Virus record (IMG/VR): IMGVR_UViG_3300033067_000365
Coordinates: 5,574-69,573 of that record
Length of the DNA: 64,000 nucleotides
From: a virus
Taxonomy: Duplodnaviria; Caudoviricetes
Strand: one strand, 5' to 3'
Shown: positions 62,946 through 64,000 of the stretch, one piece after another
How positions within the stretch are numbered: position 1 is the first letter of the stretch
Layout: every line of letters starts with the position of its first letter
Notes under the pieces: model-generated
The model's input: the letters and a program-made list of their open reading frames with translations, nothing else
Told to the model about the DNA's origin: nothing
Databases searched by the model: none
Translations under genes and position numbers: made by a program

Positions 62946-63971
62946 ATGTCAGAACGTCAATTAGCAACAATCCGTAAAATCGCAGCTATCGAACCTATTG
63001 AAGGTGCAGATGCAATCGAAGTAGCTGTAGTCGATGGTTGGAAAGTAGTAGTTAAGAAGGGTGAATACAATGTAGGAGATTTGGCTGTATATTTAGAAAT
63101 CGATAGTTGGGTTCCAACAGAATTAGCGCCGTTTCTATCTAAAGGTAAAGAGCCTCGTGGATTTGAAGGGGTAAGGGGTGAACGCCTACGCACTGTAAAG
63201 CTTCGTGGTCAAATTTCTCAGGGCTTATTGTTACCACTCCAAACTGTATTTGAACTCCCTAGTACAACACAATGCGATGTAATTTATACAGATGTTACAG
63301 AAGTTCTTGGTATCAAAAAGTGGGAGCGACCTATGAATGCTCAACTTGCAGGTATGGCACGAGGCAATTTCCCTGCGTTAGTGCCAAAGACTGACCAAGC
63401 ACGTATTCAGAATTTGACACGTAACTTTGAAAAGTTGCAGGAAGATACATGGTCAATCACAGAAAAGTTGGATGGTTCATCTTGTACGTTCTACCTTGAT
63501 AAAGAAGGTGAGTTTCATGTGTGCAGTCGTAACCTAGACCTAAAGCAAACCGAAGGTAATACATTCTGGCAGTTAGCTTTACAATTAGATATCGAAGGTA
63601 TTATGCGCCGACATAGTTTGTTTGGTATGGCAATCCAAGGTGAGATGATTGGTGAAGGCATTCAAGGCAATCAGTACAAGACGAAGCTTGACTTTTATGT
63701 TTACGACATGTACAATACAAGCACTGGCGAGTACATCTTGCCAATCCAGCTTGAATCTGCATGTAAACGTTTAGGTTTAAAGCATGTACCTATCTTAGTC
63801 TCTGCTACCGATATCAAACTACAAACCATCCAAAGTATTATCGACTTTGCTGAAGGTAAGTCTCAATTGAATGGTTCAGAACGAGAGGGTGTTGTATTTA
63901 AATCTAATACTATTCATGATTCCAGTTTCAAAGCTATTAGCAATAAGTGGTTAATTAAGAATGGAGAATAA
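62946..63971 (+). CDS. RNA ligase, DRB0094/Rnl5 family, with N-terminal OB-like domain
   Basis: LATIR.I....PI.GAD.IE; EKLDGSS; QGE.IG.GIQ.N.Y; REG.VF; FKAISN. Confidence 0.88.
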   Translation: MSERQLATIRKIAAIEPIEGADAIEVAVVDGWKVVVKKGEYNVGDLAVYLEIDSWVPTELAPFLSKGKEPRGFEGVRGERLRTVKLRGQISQGLLLPLQTVFELPSTTQCDVIYTDVTEVLGIKKWERPMNAQLAGMARGNFPALVPKTDQARIQNLTRNFEKLQEDTWSITEKLDGSSCTFYLDKEGEFHVCSRNLDLKQTEGNTFWQLALQLDIEGIMRRHSLFGMAIQGEMIGEGIQGNQYKTKLDFYVYDMYNTSTGEYILPIQLESACKRLGLKHVPILVSATDIKLQTIQSIIDFAEGKSQLNGSEREGVVFKSNTIHDSSFKAISNKWLIKNGE

Positions 63972-64000
63972 TGGCACTATTCGTTAAGCATGTCAATTGC
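63971..64000 (+). CDS. partial ORF, possibly a T7-type primase/helicase N-terminus
   Basis: MALFVKHVNC resembles the start of a primase Zn-finger; truncated by the window end. Confidence 0.4.
   Translation, partial: MALFVKHVNC

Overview
The window is part of the genome of a lytic, AT-rich tailed dsDNA phage (Caudoviricetes). It has a siphovirus-type tail (tube, tape measure, no sheath), and its head and packaging genes resemble those of rV5/FelixO1-type phages. The host is probably a proteobacterium (inference from sigma54 and DnaA sites and GC-rich modules). Layout: 1-7.7 kb (+) end of the DNA/nucleotide-metabolism arm (phosphoesterase, exonuclease, NTP pyrophosphatases, nrdB/nrdA, HNH, thioredoxin); 7.7-33.7 kb (-) lysis, tail, head and terminase genes with two inserted homing endonucleases; 33.7-35.5 kb (-) ten tRNA genes, an HNH gene and several extra structured RNAs; 35.9-39.2 kb a probable iteron origin with an initiator-like gene, then PhoH and ClpP; 39.6-42.5 kb a GC-rich island of small leftward genes; 42.6-43.3 kb a non-coding array of host-protein binding motifs; 43.3-60.9 kb (-) early small genes plus HU, ThyX, macrodomain, RNA ligase/kinase and two deaminases; 61-64 kb (+) DNA ligase, a second RNA ligase and the start of a possible primase/helicase. 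The most striking unexplained element is the 42.6-43.3 kb block: 3 perfect DnaA boxes, 10 sigma54 (-24/-12) consensus sites in about 270 bp, and 4 copies of a 17-bp palindrome. It sits where phage T5 has its injection-stop signal. Other strong leads are a 41-nt CCA-ending acceptor-stem mini-RNA with the G3.U70 alanine determinant, a promoter-driven tRNA-like RNA in the early region, and two multi-hairpin RNAs directly downstream of homing endonuclease genes. All family assignments come from motif recognition by eye; no searches were run.
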